A DNA stretch of 64,000 nt from Octopus sinensis (lineage: Eukaryota). The notes beneath the pieces are model-generated. The model was not told the DNA's origin. It searched no databases and worked only from the letters and a program-made list of their open reading frames with translations. The translations under genes were made by a program, and so were the position numbers. Positions 51,576 through 64,000 of the stretch are shown one piece after another; position 1 is the stretch's first letter; every line of letters starts with the position of its first letter. The stretch lies in the NCBI RefSeq assembly GCF_006345805.1, contig NC_043003.1, positions 89,280,001 through 89,344,000 on the forward strand, given 5' to 3'.

Positions 51576-52149
51576 GTAAGTAATTTTTATTTTCCTTTAT
51601 CAGTCTCCACTGATTGATTGCTAATTTTAAAGGTTAATATTTTCACAGAAGTTTTTTGATATCTAAAAAGCAGAAATGGAAATTTATGTTCAAATTATAT
51701 TTTCATTGTATTTTTTTGAAAGTTCAAATTTATAACTACATATTTTAAACATCACATTGCTGGTGGAGAGAGTCTGAAATTGATATTCAAACATGAATTA
51801 AAATTTGATAAACAACCAAAATATTTTATTGATTCAAATTTAAATTAATTAGCTATTTTTTAAAAAAAATCAAATTAAATTTTTTACTTCATTTGCTATA
51901 GAAGAAAGGGTGCACATGCAAGAGAAAGAGAGAGAGATGTTTATTGCATTGAATAAAAATGAGCTTTGTGACTGAAATCTGTGCTTAAAAAAATATATCA
52001 AAAATTGGAATTTATAAGAATTTTCTAGACATTTTAGATGTTAATAATTGCTTTCTATCAATGGAAGTTACATACTTCAAACTAATCAATAACCAGCTTT
52101 CTTTATTTTAGTATAGATACTTGTTTAAGTTGAGCAAACTTAAAACTTA

Positions 52150-53585
52150 TTTAAGGTAATGAAAGTCATAGCCCAACTAATTAGGGAGAGAGTCAGTATA
52201 GATGAGATGCAGTTTGGACTCATGCCAGAAAAAAGCACCACTGATGCTATATTTCTGGTGAGACAGCTACAGGAGAAAGACTTTGACAGGGTCCCCCGAT
52301 CCCTTATCTGGTGGTCAATGCAGATACTAGGGATAGATGAGTGGTTAGTGAGAGCTGTACTAGCCATGTACAGGGATGCTGTCAGTAAGGTGAGGGTTGG
52401 CAATGAATATAGTGAAGAATTCCAGGTAAGAATCGGGGTCCACCAAGGTTCAGTCCTCAGCTCCCTCTTATTCATCATAGACCTCCAGGCAATAACAAAG
52501 AATTCAAGACAGAATGCTCCTGGGAGCTTCTCTTTATTGATAACCTTGCTCTAATAGCTGAGTCACTATGAGAACTAGAGGAGAAGTTTCAGGTGTGGAA
52601 GCAATATCTAGAATCGAAGGGCCTTAAAGCCAATCTAGCAAAGTCTTAATAAGTAGGAAGGCAGACAAACCTCAAATCCTTTCAGGTAGATGGCCCTGCT
52701 CGATCGGTAGAAAAGGCATAGGTAGAAACTCTATAAAATGTGCCTAGTGTAAGCTATTGACACATAAGAGGTGCAGCAATATCAAAGGAAGGCTAACTGA
52801 GAAGATAGATTTTGTGTGTGGCAGATGCTCAGGAGCAATAAACACTGAAAATGAGAAGATAGCAGCTTCCATCACATTCTAGGAGGAAAAACTAGAAATA
52901 GTTGATAGCTTCCATTACCTAGGTGACCAAGTCAGTAGCAGGGATGGTTGCTCTGAGAGTGTAGCTGCTATAATAATAGCCTGGGCAAAGTTTAGAGAGC
53001 TCCTACCTCTGCTGGTGACAAAGGGCCCCTTGCTCAGAGTAAAAGGTATACTGTATGACGCATGTGTACAAACAGCCATGCTACATGGCAATGAAATATG
53101 GGCTGTGACTGCTGAGGACATGCGTAAGCTTGCAAGAAATGAAGCTAGTATGCTCCACTGGATGTGTAATGTCAGTATGAATACTGGACAGAGTTTAAGT
53201 GCCCTGAGAGAAAAGTTGGACATAAAAAGCATCAGATGTGGTGTGCAAGAGAGACGACTGCGCTGGTATGGTCATGTGTTAAGAATGGACAAGGATAGCT
53301 GTGTGAAAAAGTGCCACACCCTAGCAGTTGAGAGAACCTGTGGAAGAGGTAGACCCAGGAAAACCTGGGATGAGGTGGTGAAGCACAAACTTCAAACATT
53401 GGGCCTCACTGAGGCGATGACAAGTGACCGAGACCTTTGGACATATGCTGTGCCTGAGAAGACCAGGCAAACCAAGTGAGACCGTAACTATGTTCTATAC
53501 CAGTGCAGAGTAACCAGCCCATTTAAGAGTACCCTTCAATCTTGGGGCAATAAGCTGCGCTTGCAATGACCTGTTGAGGCAAGTG
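52150..53585 (+). mobile_element. Degenerate RTE LINE
   Basis: ORFs 52159-52554 and 53015-53479 carry RT and C-terminal motifs. Confidence 0.88.
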
Positions 53586-55512
53586 AAGTCATCGGTGGCC
53601 GATAACAGTAGTTAAGAAATTGTGTTTCACAATCACATAGTTTCAGGTTTATTCCCATTGCATGACATCATGGGTAAGTGGTTAGTGTCCTCTACTGTAA
53701 CCTCATGCTGACCAATGTTTTGTGAATGAAATTAGTAGATGGAAACCATGTAAAAGCTCATCATTATTATTATGGTGATGATGATAATTTTAAGGTCCAC
53801 TTTACCATGCTTATTGGATCATATGAAATTCATTGGGGTAGATTTTCTACAGCTGGTAGCCCTTCTTGCTTCTAATCTTCATCTGTTTCCAAATAAAGTG
53901 ATGTTTCTCCTAGTCCTTTGAACATGGAACTGCACAGTGGCCAGATGTATTTTCATAGAGTATTGCAGATGAATGACACCATTTGTATGATGGTGACATT
54001 CATTTACAACTGACATCTCATGTCAAGACAAAAGACATAAACACAAGCACACACATATGAGAGGCTTCTTTCAGTTTCCATTGACCACATCTACTCAGAA
54101 GGCTTTGATCAGCCTGTGGCTAAAGTAGAAGACACCCATGGTGCTGCACTGTGGAATTGAATGCAAAACCATGTGGTTACAAACCAAACTTCTTAACAAC
54201 ACAACCATACTTATGTCTGCTTTTGTCCCCCCCCCACTTCTCTTTATCTCCTCCCTTATCCATTCTACTAGGTCCCTTCCCTGAGCCACTTCCTATTCGC
54301 ATCCCTATATATTTATCATCATTTTTACCATTCTTATGCAAGGAGCTCTTGTGAGTTACAAGGCAACTTCTAGTGATGATGTCACAAAAAAAAAAAAGAA
54401 TAATCCAGTACACTCTGTAAAGTTGTTGGTGTTACAACACTACATTACATATGCTCAAGGTAACATTTGAAGGTGGTAGTAGTGGGGTTACTAAAAAAAC
54501 AAAAGGTCTACGAACCTTTTAGAGACTAAGCCTACTGTAGCTTTCACATTAAGAAAATATATGGTGGACCTATTTATAGAAGATACAAAAAAGAATAAAG
54601 ATTATCTAAAATTCTGAAAAATGTCATAAGTTAGTATGATGACCCAATCCTCTTACTTATCTCTTTCTAGCTCTACCCTGATCACTTCTCTTCTAAAATG
54701 GGAGTAGCCATGTAGTTCCTCTACAGTGCTCTGGCCCCTTCTGTCATACTTTAACCCCTCATCTCCTAAATGCTGCCTCTCTTGGGATTCATAGTCTTGC
54801 ATGCTGCAAGGTACCATGAAAAAAGCATCCTTTACATGCTGTAAAAGTTAGCATTAGCAACTGTAAAAGCCCTGTCAAAGTTGATGTTGGAGCATGATGC
54901 AGTCCTTGGACCCATCAGATCCTGTCAAACCATCCATACTATGCTGATATGGAACATGAATGTTAAATGATGATGAAGTTCCTGTCTGACTGACAGATAT
55001 TGCTTTTCAAACTTTTTTGTGTAGGTATAACATCAGTATTTGAAAAGGAGAGGTCTTCATCATCTGAATCAACCCTGTTGTGTTTGTTCCCGGCACTTTT
55101 ATTATTGCACCAGAGTTAGGAAAATCAAAACTGACTCAGTATGAGAGGTTAGCTCAAAATCAAGAGACGAAAAATATCTAAATAATACTGCAAGGCAGTT
55201 AATCTCTTTGATACCAACTGACCTGAGATTGTCCCTGATTCTATGATGTACACTTAGTGTTTTAAAGTGATTTTAATTAAAACCTTCCTAAAACTAACTT
55301 ATTTATGCTTGAAATACTATCTTAACAATGGCAAAGTTATTTTACTAAATTTTTCATAATTTTCAAAATTAATTCAAACAGAGGCCAAGTATTTCAACAG
55401 AACTATGATAATGCTACCTTTCCTGCCAACTGATTGCATCACTTAAAATTAGATATTGCTAAATAATTTTAATAGTTTGTCTATGACATCAAATATTTGT
55501 CTCTTATTTCAG

Positions 55513-55672
55513 ACTTGCAGTCGTGTACTGTTGCCTGTGCATGAGCGGTCAGCATTTATTGATGCTGGTCGAAATCCACACATGACCTACTTGCAGCGTA
55601 AAAACCTGAAGAAAAAGATATTGACTCGATGCAAAAAAATTAACAAGTGTGTTTATTGTTTCTCATTTAATG
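55513..55672 (+). CDS. POLR3A: RPC1 coding exon 4
   Basis: 160 nt, TCSRVLLPVHERSAFIDAGRNPHMTYLQRKNLKKKILTRCKKINKCVYCFSFN+G, CAG/GTAAG sites. The four exons total 490 nt of contiguous frame. Exon 5 not seen in the window. Confidence 0.93.
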
Positions 55673-55984
55673 GTAAGTATTAACTACTTTTATTATTGTT
55701 TTGTTTTTGTATACATTTTTATTTGTTTGTCTCAAGATCTAAAAATAAAAGAGAGAAAGAAGAGAGGATGGTGAGGAAACAGAAGTCATGGAAAAAAAGT
55801 CAGAAAAAACAAAACAAAAAAGGCAGGAAGGTGTCATAGGGGTGGAGGAGGATAGGGAGGAAGATGGAATATTGAAGATGTGGAAGAATTGCAGGGAGAG
55901 GGTCAGTGATAGAAAAATGACAGGAGAGTGTCATAAAGATGGGACAGCAAGAATGTCATAACCACCATCACTATCCCTCCTGGC

Positions 55985-57350
55985 ATTCTCTTTAACCATG
56001 CTTGATGGGAGTGTGGGTCTTCTCCAGTACTACATGTTGCTAATCATTGTGGTTCCTTGGTGTTCATTTTGTGAGGCTCAGCATTTTGAGATGAGTCTCA
56101 CCTCTTCATCCCATGTTTTTCTAAGTCTTCCTCTTCTACTGGTTCCATTCACTTCGAGCAGTCGGCTCATTTTTATACAGCTGTTGTCATAAATATCACA
56201 TGTCTGTAACAATACACACTTTTTTCTTGGAAATTATATATGATTCCTTGTATAGCCAGCTTTTCTCTCAGCATGTTTATACTCTGTCTTTGTTCCTTGT
56301 TAAAATAACAGACAAATCACAAGTCCCTTTAGGGGCTTGATATGTAAGAAGGGTGTTGGTAGAAACTCCATACGTTGTGCCTAGTGCAAGCTTTGGGCAC
56401 ATAAGTGGCATAGTGGTATCACAGGAAGGTTAACAGAGAAAATAATCTTTGTGCGTGGTAAATGTGCAGGTACAGTAAGCACTAAAGATATGCAGACAAT
56501 AGACTCCTTCAAATACTTGCCGGGGAACATTAGAAATAGTAGATAGCTTCTGTTAACCAGGTGACCAAGTTAGCAAGGGAGGAGGAATTCTGAAAGTGTA
56601 GTTGCTAGAATAAGAACAGGCTGTGCAAAGTTCAGAGAGCTTCTACCTTTGTTGGTAACTAAAGGCATGTTCATCAGAGTAAAAGTTAGATTGTATGATG
56701 CCTGTGTAGGTACAGCTATGCTACATGGCAGTGAAACATGGGCTTTGATTACAGAGGACTTGTAAAGGCTTGAAAGAAATGAAGCTAGCATGCTCCGCTG
56801 GATGGGCTATGTCAATGTGCATGCACGACAGTGGAAATGATTTAAGAGGAAAACTGGGTATAAGAGATATCAGATGTTGTGTCATGTGATGTGTATGGGT
56901 GAGAACAGGTAAATGAAGAAATGCTGAGAATTATTGTGAAGGGAACCTGTAGAAGGGGTAGACCTAGGGAGATGTGGGACGAAGTGGTGAGAAAGGATCT
57001 TCGAACACTGGGCCTCATTGAGAAAATGACAAGGGACTGGGAGTTGTGGTGATAACCTGTACTTGAGAAGGCATGCCAAGCTAAGTAAAATCACTGTCCT
57101 CCATCCATACAGGGTTATCCTATACAGGTGCCAGTGCCACATAAAATGCACTTTTGTTGGTGCTGTATAAATGCACCTGTGCTGGTGGCATGTAAAAAGC
57201 ACCCAGCACATTCTGTAAAGTGGTTGGCATTTGGAAGGACATCCAGCCATAGAAACCATGCTACAACAGACAATTGGAGTTTGGACAGCTGACCAGCTCC
57301 ATGTTGAACTACCCAACTCATACCAGCATGGAAAATGGATGTTAAATGAT
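55985..57350. mobile_element. RTE fragments (minus 55985-56190; plus 56310-57350)
   Basis: RTE C-terminal and UTR motifs, degenerate. Confidence 0.75.
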
Positions 57351-58089
57351 GTTGTTGACGATATACACACATGTGCAAGCACACACACACACACACATGT
57401 ATGTATGTATAAAATCACATATGCACATGCATATATATAGGCATGGCTGTGTAGTTAAGAATTATGTTTCCCAATCACATGATTTCAGGTTCAGTCCCAC
57501 TCTGTGGCACATTGGACAAGTGTTTTCTGCTATAGCCTCATGCTGATCAGAGCCTTGTGAGTGAATTTGGTAGATGGAAACTGAAAGAAGCTCATCATTT
57601 CATCATTTATGTGTGTATGTGTTTGTCTGTGTCTACTTGTCTTGTCATCTCATGATAGTGGTAAATGAGTGTCACTGTCATACATTTATTTCTAATATTC
57701 TGTAAAAATGTGTGGTGATTGGGAAATATCGTCTTGCTTGAAAACTAGTATGGGTTGGCAACGGAAAGGGCATCTAGCCATAGAAAATCTGTTTCAGTAA
57801 ACTATGTCTGACCTGTACAACCATGATAAATTATCATTATTTTCATTACTTAATGCCTATTTTCCATATTGGTAGGAGTTGAATAGAAGACTACACTAAA
57901 CTACAATGTCTGCTATGGAATGACTTCCACGACTGGATGCTCTTCCGACAGTAACCACTTTATAGAATATACCAAGAGCTTTTACGTGGCACTAATCAGA
58001 TCACTAACGGTTTTATGCCTAAGGAAAAGTGATATTAAAATTGGGATAGTGATTATATATATATATATGTATATGTGTGTATATATATA

Positions 58090-58120
<31 letters not shown>

Positions 58121-58721
58121 GTGTGTGTGTATATGTGTATATATATGTGTGTGTGTGTATATATATATATATGTATGTGTGTATATAGATGTGTATATAT
58201 ATATATATGTATGTGTGTATATATATATTATATATATATACATAAATCTTTAGTTAATTATATTCAAGGAGAATATTATATACTGAATTTATATTGAGTG
58301 CTCTACTGTATTAAAGTATTAAGACTATTAAAGTATTTATATTTTTAGTACGAGCAATTATATATATTTTATATAATATATTATTATTGATATCAGGAAA
58401 TTAATATTAAAAAATTCCTTCAGAAATAATTGTTGTATTAAAAATATAAATATATATAGATATATGTAAATATGTATAAGTATAAATATATAACAATGAT
58501 ATTTTAAAATTTTCGAATTAAGTTCTTAAAGCATCTTAGAATCGTTTTGTAGAAGTGCTGTCCCTATAATGGAATCCTACATATGTATGTGTGTGTGTGT
58601 GTGCGTGCGTGTGTATATATATGTGTGTGTATATATTTGTGTATATATATGTATATATATATAAGTATATATATATATGTGTATATATATGTATTATGTA
58701 TATATAGATGTATATGTATAT

Positions 58722-60293
58722 ATCATCATCAGCATCGTTTAACGTCCGTTTGCCATGCTAGCATGGGTTGGATGGTTCGACCGGGGTCTGGGAGGCTAGG
58801 ACGCTGCACCAGGCTCAAGTCTGACCTGGCAGTGTTTCTACAGCTAGATGCCCTTCCTAATGCCAACCACTCTGTGAGTGTAGTGGGTGCTTTTTACGTG
58901 CCAGGGGAGGCTGGCAACAGCCACAATCGGTTGGTGCTTTTTACGTGCCACCTGCATGGAAGCCAGTCAAGGCGGCGCTAGCATCAGTCATGTTCGGATT
59001 GTGCTTTTTATGTGCCACGGACACAGGTATCACAACTGCAATTTCCATTTGATTTTTTGATGTTGATGTACTTGACCCAATAGGTCTCCTCAAGCACAGC
59101 AGGTCGCTCTACGATCCAAGGCTCTTTGGATAGGCTGAGGCTTCTATGTGAAGCTGGTGCAGGAAACAGCTATGAATTCACGTTATTTGTCGGGTCTTCG
59201 CAGTCACAGCATATCTCCAAAGGTTTCGGTCTTTCATCATTGCCTCTGTGAGACCCAACGTTCAAAGGTCATGCTTGACCACCTCATCCCATGTCTTCCT
59301 CGGTCTATCTCTACCCTGGATTCCTTCAACTGTTTGGGAGTGGCACTTCTTCACACATCTCTCCTCATCCATCCACAGTACATGACCATACCAGCACAGA
59401 CGTCTCTCTTGCATGTCACATCCAATGCTTCTTATGTCCAGCATTTCTTTCAGGGCACTTACACTCTGTCGTGTATGCACACTGACATTACACATCCAAT
59501 GGATCATGCTAGCTTCATTTCTTTCAAGCCTACGCATGTCCTCTGCAGTCACGGCCCATGTTTCACTACCGTGAAGAATGGCAGTTCGCACACGTGTCGT
59601 ACCTTTCACTCTGAGCGAGAGACCCTTTGTCACCAGTAGGGGTAGGAGCATTTTAAACTTTGCCCAGGCTATTCTTATTCGAGTGGTAACACTATCTGAA
59701 CATCCACCCCCACTACTAACTTGGTCACCTAGGTAGTGAAAGCTATCAACTACTTCTAGTGTCTTCCCACTGGATTGTAATGGAATCTGTTTTCTGAGTA
59801 TCAATGTTGTCTATTGCCCCTGTGCATCTGCTGCACATGAACGCTATCTTCTCAGTTAATTTTCCTTTGATGGTGCTGCACCTCTTATGTGTCCATAGCT
59901 TACACTGGCTACATCTCATGGAGTTTCTACCTACACCTTTTCTACAGATCGAGCAGAGCCTGAGGGGTTGTTTGATGAATTCACCTTCCTACTTACTATA
60001 ACTTTGGTCTTTGCTACATTGACTCTAAGGCTTTTTGATTCTAAACCTAGCTTCCCCACCTGAAATTTCTTTTCTAGTTCCGGTAGTGATTCTGCTATGA
60101 GGGCCAGGTCATCAGCATAGAGGAGCTCCCAGGGGCAAACTGTCTTGAATTCCTCTGTTATTGCCTGGAGGACTATGATGAATAAAAGGGGACTGAGGGC
60201 TGAACCTTGGTGGACCCCTACTTCTAACTGGAATTCTTCACTATAGTCGTTGCCAATCCTAACCTTGCTGACGGCCTCTCTGTATAGAGCCTG
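58722..60293 (-). mobile_element. 5'-truncated RTE LINE
   Basis: [13 protein letters not shown]...LLYADDL, zinc finger, ORF 59262-59804, (CAT)n tail. Confidence 0.9.
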
Positions 60294-60346
60294 TATATAT
60301 GTATGTGTGTATTTATATATATATATGTGTGTATATATATGTATGT

Positions 60347-60387
<41 letters not shown>

Positions 60388-60762
60388 TGTATGTATATAT
60401 ATATGTATGTATATATATATGTATGTATATATATATATGTATGTATATATATATATGTATGTATATATGTATGTATATATATATGTATATACATATATAT
60501 ATGTATATATATATGTATATATATATGTATATATATATATGTATGTATATATGTATGTATATATATATGTATGTATATATATGTATATATATATATATAT
60601 ATGTATGTATATATATGTATATATATATATATATATGTATGTATATATATATGTATGTATATATATATGTATGTATATATATATGTATGCATATATATAT
60701 ATGTATATATATATGTATGTATATATGTATGTATGTATATATATATATATATGTATGTATAT

Positions 60763-60893
<131 letters not shown>

Positions 60894-60907
60894 TATGTAT
60901 GTATATA

Positions 60908-62270
60908 TCATCATCATCATCATCGTCGTTTAACGTCCGTTCTCCATGCTAGCATGGGTTGGACGGTTCGACCGGGGTTCTGGGAAGCCAGAAGGCTGCA
61001 CCAGGCTCCAGTCTAATCTGGCAATGTTTCTACAGCTGGATGCCCTTCCTAACGCCAACCACTCCGTGAGTGTAGTGGGTGCTTTTTACGTGCCACCTGC
61101 ACAGGTGCCAGGCGGGGCTGGCAACGGCCACGGTCAGATTGGTGTATTTTATGTGCCACCGGCACGGAAGCCAGTCGAGGCGGTGCTGGCATCGGCCACG
61201 AGTCGGATAGTGCTTTTTACGTACCACCAGACCAGGGATCCTGGCTGGTTCAATTCGATTTCGATTTCGCTTGCCCCAACATGTCTTCACAAGCAAAGGG
61301 GGTTGGCATGGGTGCCTTGTCGTACGGTCGCATTGGAGTATTTTACGTGCCACGGCCACGAGTCGGATAGTGCTTTTTACGTACCACCAGACCAGGGATC
61401 CTGGCTGGTTCAATTCGATTTCGATTTCGCTTGCCCCAACATGTCTTCACAAGCAAAGGGGGTTGGCATGGGTGCCTGTCGTACGGTCGCATTGGAGTAT
61501 TTTACGTGCCACGGCCACGAGTTGGATAGTGCTTTTTACGTACCACCAGGCCAGGGATCCTGGCTGGTTCAATTCGGTTTCGATTTCGATTTCGCTTGCC
61601 CCAACATGTCTTCGCAAGCATGGGGCGTTGGCATGGGTGTCTGTCGTCGGATGAGGTTCTATATCGACTTCGCTTGCCTCAACCGGTCTTTGTGTCCAAG
61701 GGAGGAAAGGCATTCATAAGTGGGCTGGGCTCACTTGTCCTGCCTGGTCTTCCACGTACAGAATATTTCCAAAGGTCTCGGTCTCTGGTCATTTCCTCAG
61801 TGAAGCCTAAAGTTCGAAGGTCGTGCTTCACCACCTAGTCCCAGGTTTTCCTGGGTCTACCTCTTCACGGGTTCCCTCAACTGCTAGGGATTGGCACTTT
61901 CTCACACACCTATCTTCATCCATTCTCGCCACATGACCATACCAGCGCAATCGTCTCTCTTGCACCACACAACTGATGCTTCTTAGGTACAACATTTCTC
62001 TCAAGGTGCTAACGCTCTGTCGAGTATGTACACTGACATTACACATCCATCGGAGCATACTGGCTTCATTCCTCACGAGCTTACGCATGTCCACAGCAGT
62101 CACGGCCCATGTTTCGCTGCCATGTAGCATGACTGTTCGTACACACGCATCATACAGTCTGCCTTTTAGTCTGAGCGAGAGGCCTTTAGTCACCAGCAGA
62201 GGTAAGAGCTCCCTAAACTTTGCCCAGGCTATTCTTATTCTAGCAGTTACACTTTCAGCGCACCCACCCC
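60908..62270 (-). mobile_element. Young 5'-truncated RTE LINE
   Basis: ORF 61828-62193, about 160-bp UTR repeats x3 and a (CAT)n tail. Very similar to 42478-43681. Confidence 0.9.
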
Positions 62271-62287
62271 CATATATATGTATGTAT

Positions 62288-62328
<41 letters not shown>

Positions 62329-62352
62329 TATGTATGTATATATATATATATG

Positions 62353-62384
<32 letters not shown>

Positions 62385-62390
62385 TGTATG

Positions 62391-62422
<32 letters not shown>

Positions 62423-62791
62423 GTATATATGTATATATGTATATATATGTATATATGTATATATGTATATATATGTGTATATATATATGTATATATATGT
62501 ATATATATATGTATGTATATATGTATGTATATATATATGTATGTATATATGTTATATGTATATATGTATGTATATATGTATATATATATGTATATATGTA
62601 TATATATATATGTATATATGTATATATATATGTATATATATGATGTATATATATGTATGTTATATATATATGTATATATATATATATATGTATATATATG
62701 TATGTATATATATATATGTATGTAATATATATATGTATGTATATATATATGTATATATATGTATATATTAATATGTATATATATATATATG

Positions 62792-62843
<52 letters not shown>

Positions 62844-62962
62844 TGTATATATATATATATGTATGTATATGTATGATATTATATATGTATATATATATAT
62901 GTATATGTATGTATATATATGTAAGTATATATATGTATTGTTTTTGTTTGTTTTTGTTTTTC

Positions 62963-63163
62963 CAGTTTCAGCTCTTGAGCTGTGGCCATGCTGGGGCACG
63001 CCATTGTGGTGAAAGAGTACAGCAGGGATCACCACCCCCTGCCGGAGCCTCGTAGAGCTTTTAGTGTTTTCGCTCAATAAAACCCACACAACGCCCGTCT
63101 GAGAATCGAAACGCGATCCTGCGACCGCGAGTCCGCTGCCCTAACCACTAGGCCATTGCGCCT
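62963..63163 (-). mobile_element. tRNA-derived SINE (family 3) with LINE-derived tail
   Basis: Head GGCGCAATGGCCTAGTGGTTAGGGCAGCGGAC...GTTTCGATTC. Tail matches the LINE end at 35874-35917. Confidence 0.75.
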
Positions 63164-63174
63164 CTATGTATATA

Positions 63175-63205
<31 letters not shown>

Positions 63206-64000
63206 TATGTATGTATAATATATATATGTATATATATGTATATATATGTTGTATATATGTATGTATATATATGTATGTTATTATAGTATGTATATATATA
63301 TATGTATATATATATATGTATGTATATATATATGTATGTATATATATATGTATGTATATAATATGTATGTATAATATATGTATGTATGTATATATATGTA
63401 TGTATGATATATATGTATGTATGTATATATATGTATGATATTATATATATATGTATATATATATTGTATATATATATATGTATGTATTACACATGTATGT
63501 GTAGTATATATATATGTATGTATACACATGTATGTGTATGTATGTATACACATGTTATGTGTATGTATGTATATATGTAGTATGTATATATATGTATATA
63601 TATATATATATGTATGTATATATATATGTATGTATTATATATGTATGTATGTATTATATATGTATGTATATATATATGTATGTAATATATGTATGTATGT
63701 ATATATATATATGTATATGTATATATATGATGTATATATTATATGTATGTATATATGTATGTATATATATGTATGTATTATATATATGTATGTATCTATA
63801 TATGTATATATATATATATATGTATATATATATTATGTATATATATATGTAATATATATATGTATATATATATGTATATAATATATATGTATATATATAT
63901 GTATATATATATTATGTATATATTATGTATATATATATATGTATATATATATATATGTATATATGTATATGTATATATGTATATATATATATGTATATAT

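Noticed and set aside
63095-63163. tRNA gene
   Set aside because: It has A/B-box-like motifs but no complete cloverleaf, and it continues into a LINE-derived tail, so it is a SINE head.

Overview
AT-rich, repeat-dense eukaryotic DNA. The SINE/RTE/microsatellite content suggests an octopus (inference). Two spliced genes lie head-to-head across about 2.7 kb. On the minus strand are the first 4 coding exons of a GILT/IFI30 thiol reductase with an N-terminal saposin-A domain; its 3' exons are not found and probably lie left of the window. On the plus strand are the first 4 coding exons of POLR3A (RPC1, largest RNA polymerase III subunit), with a 32.9-kb first intron. The rest is mobile DNA: many RTE LINE copies with a PHD-type finger in the RT ORF, a CR1/L2-group LINE whose 3' end is shared by local SINEs, several tRNA-derived SINE families, five non-autonomous Helitron-like elements, piggyBac-like MITEs and Penelope-like elements (PLEs). 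The most striking feature is a near-identical 363-bp tandem array (43795-44967). Each unit carries a minimal type I hammerhead ribozyme with a U3:A8 core variant, and the array flips orientation at the ribozyme, like a retrozyme or PLE pseudo-LTR. Five more hammerhead-like motifs, intact to degenerate, occur at PLE-type ends. All alignments and folds were done by eye; no database search was run.
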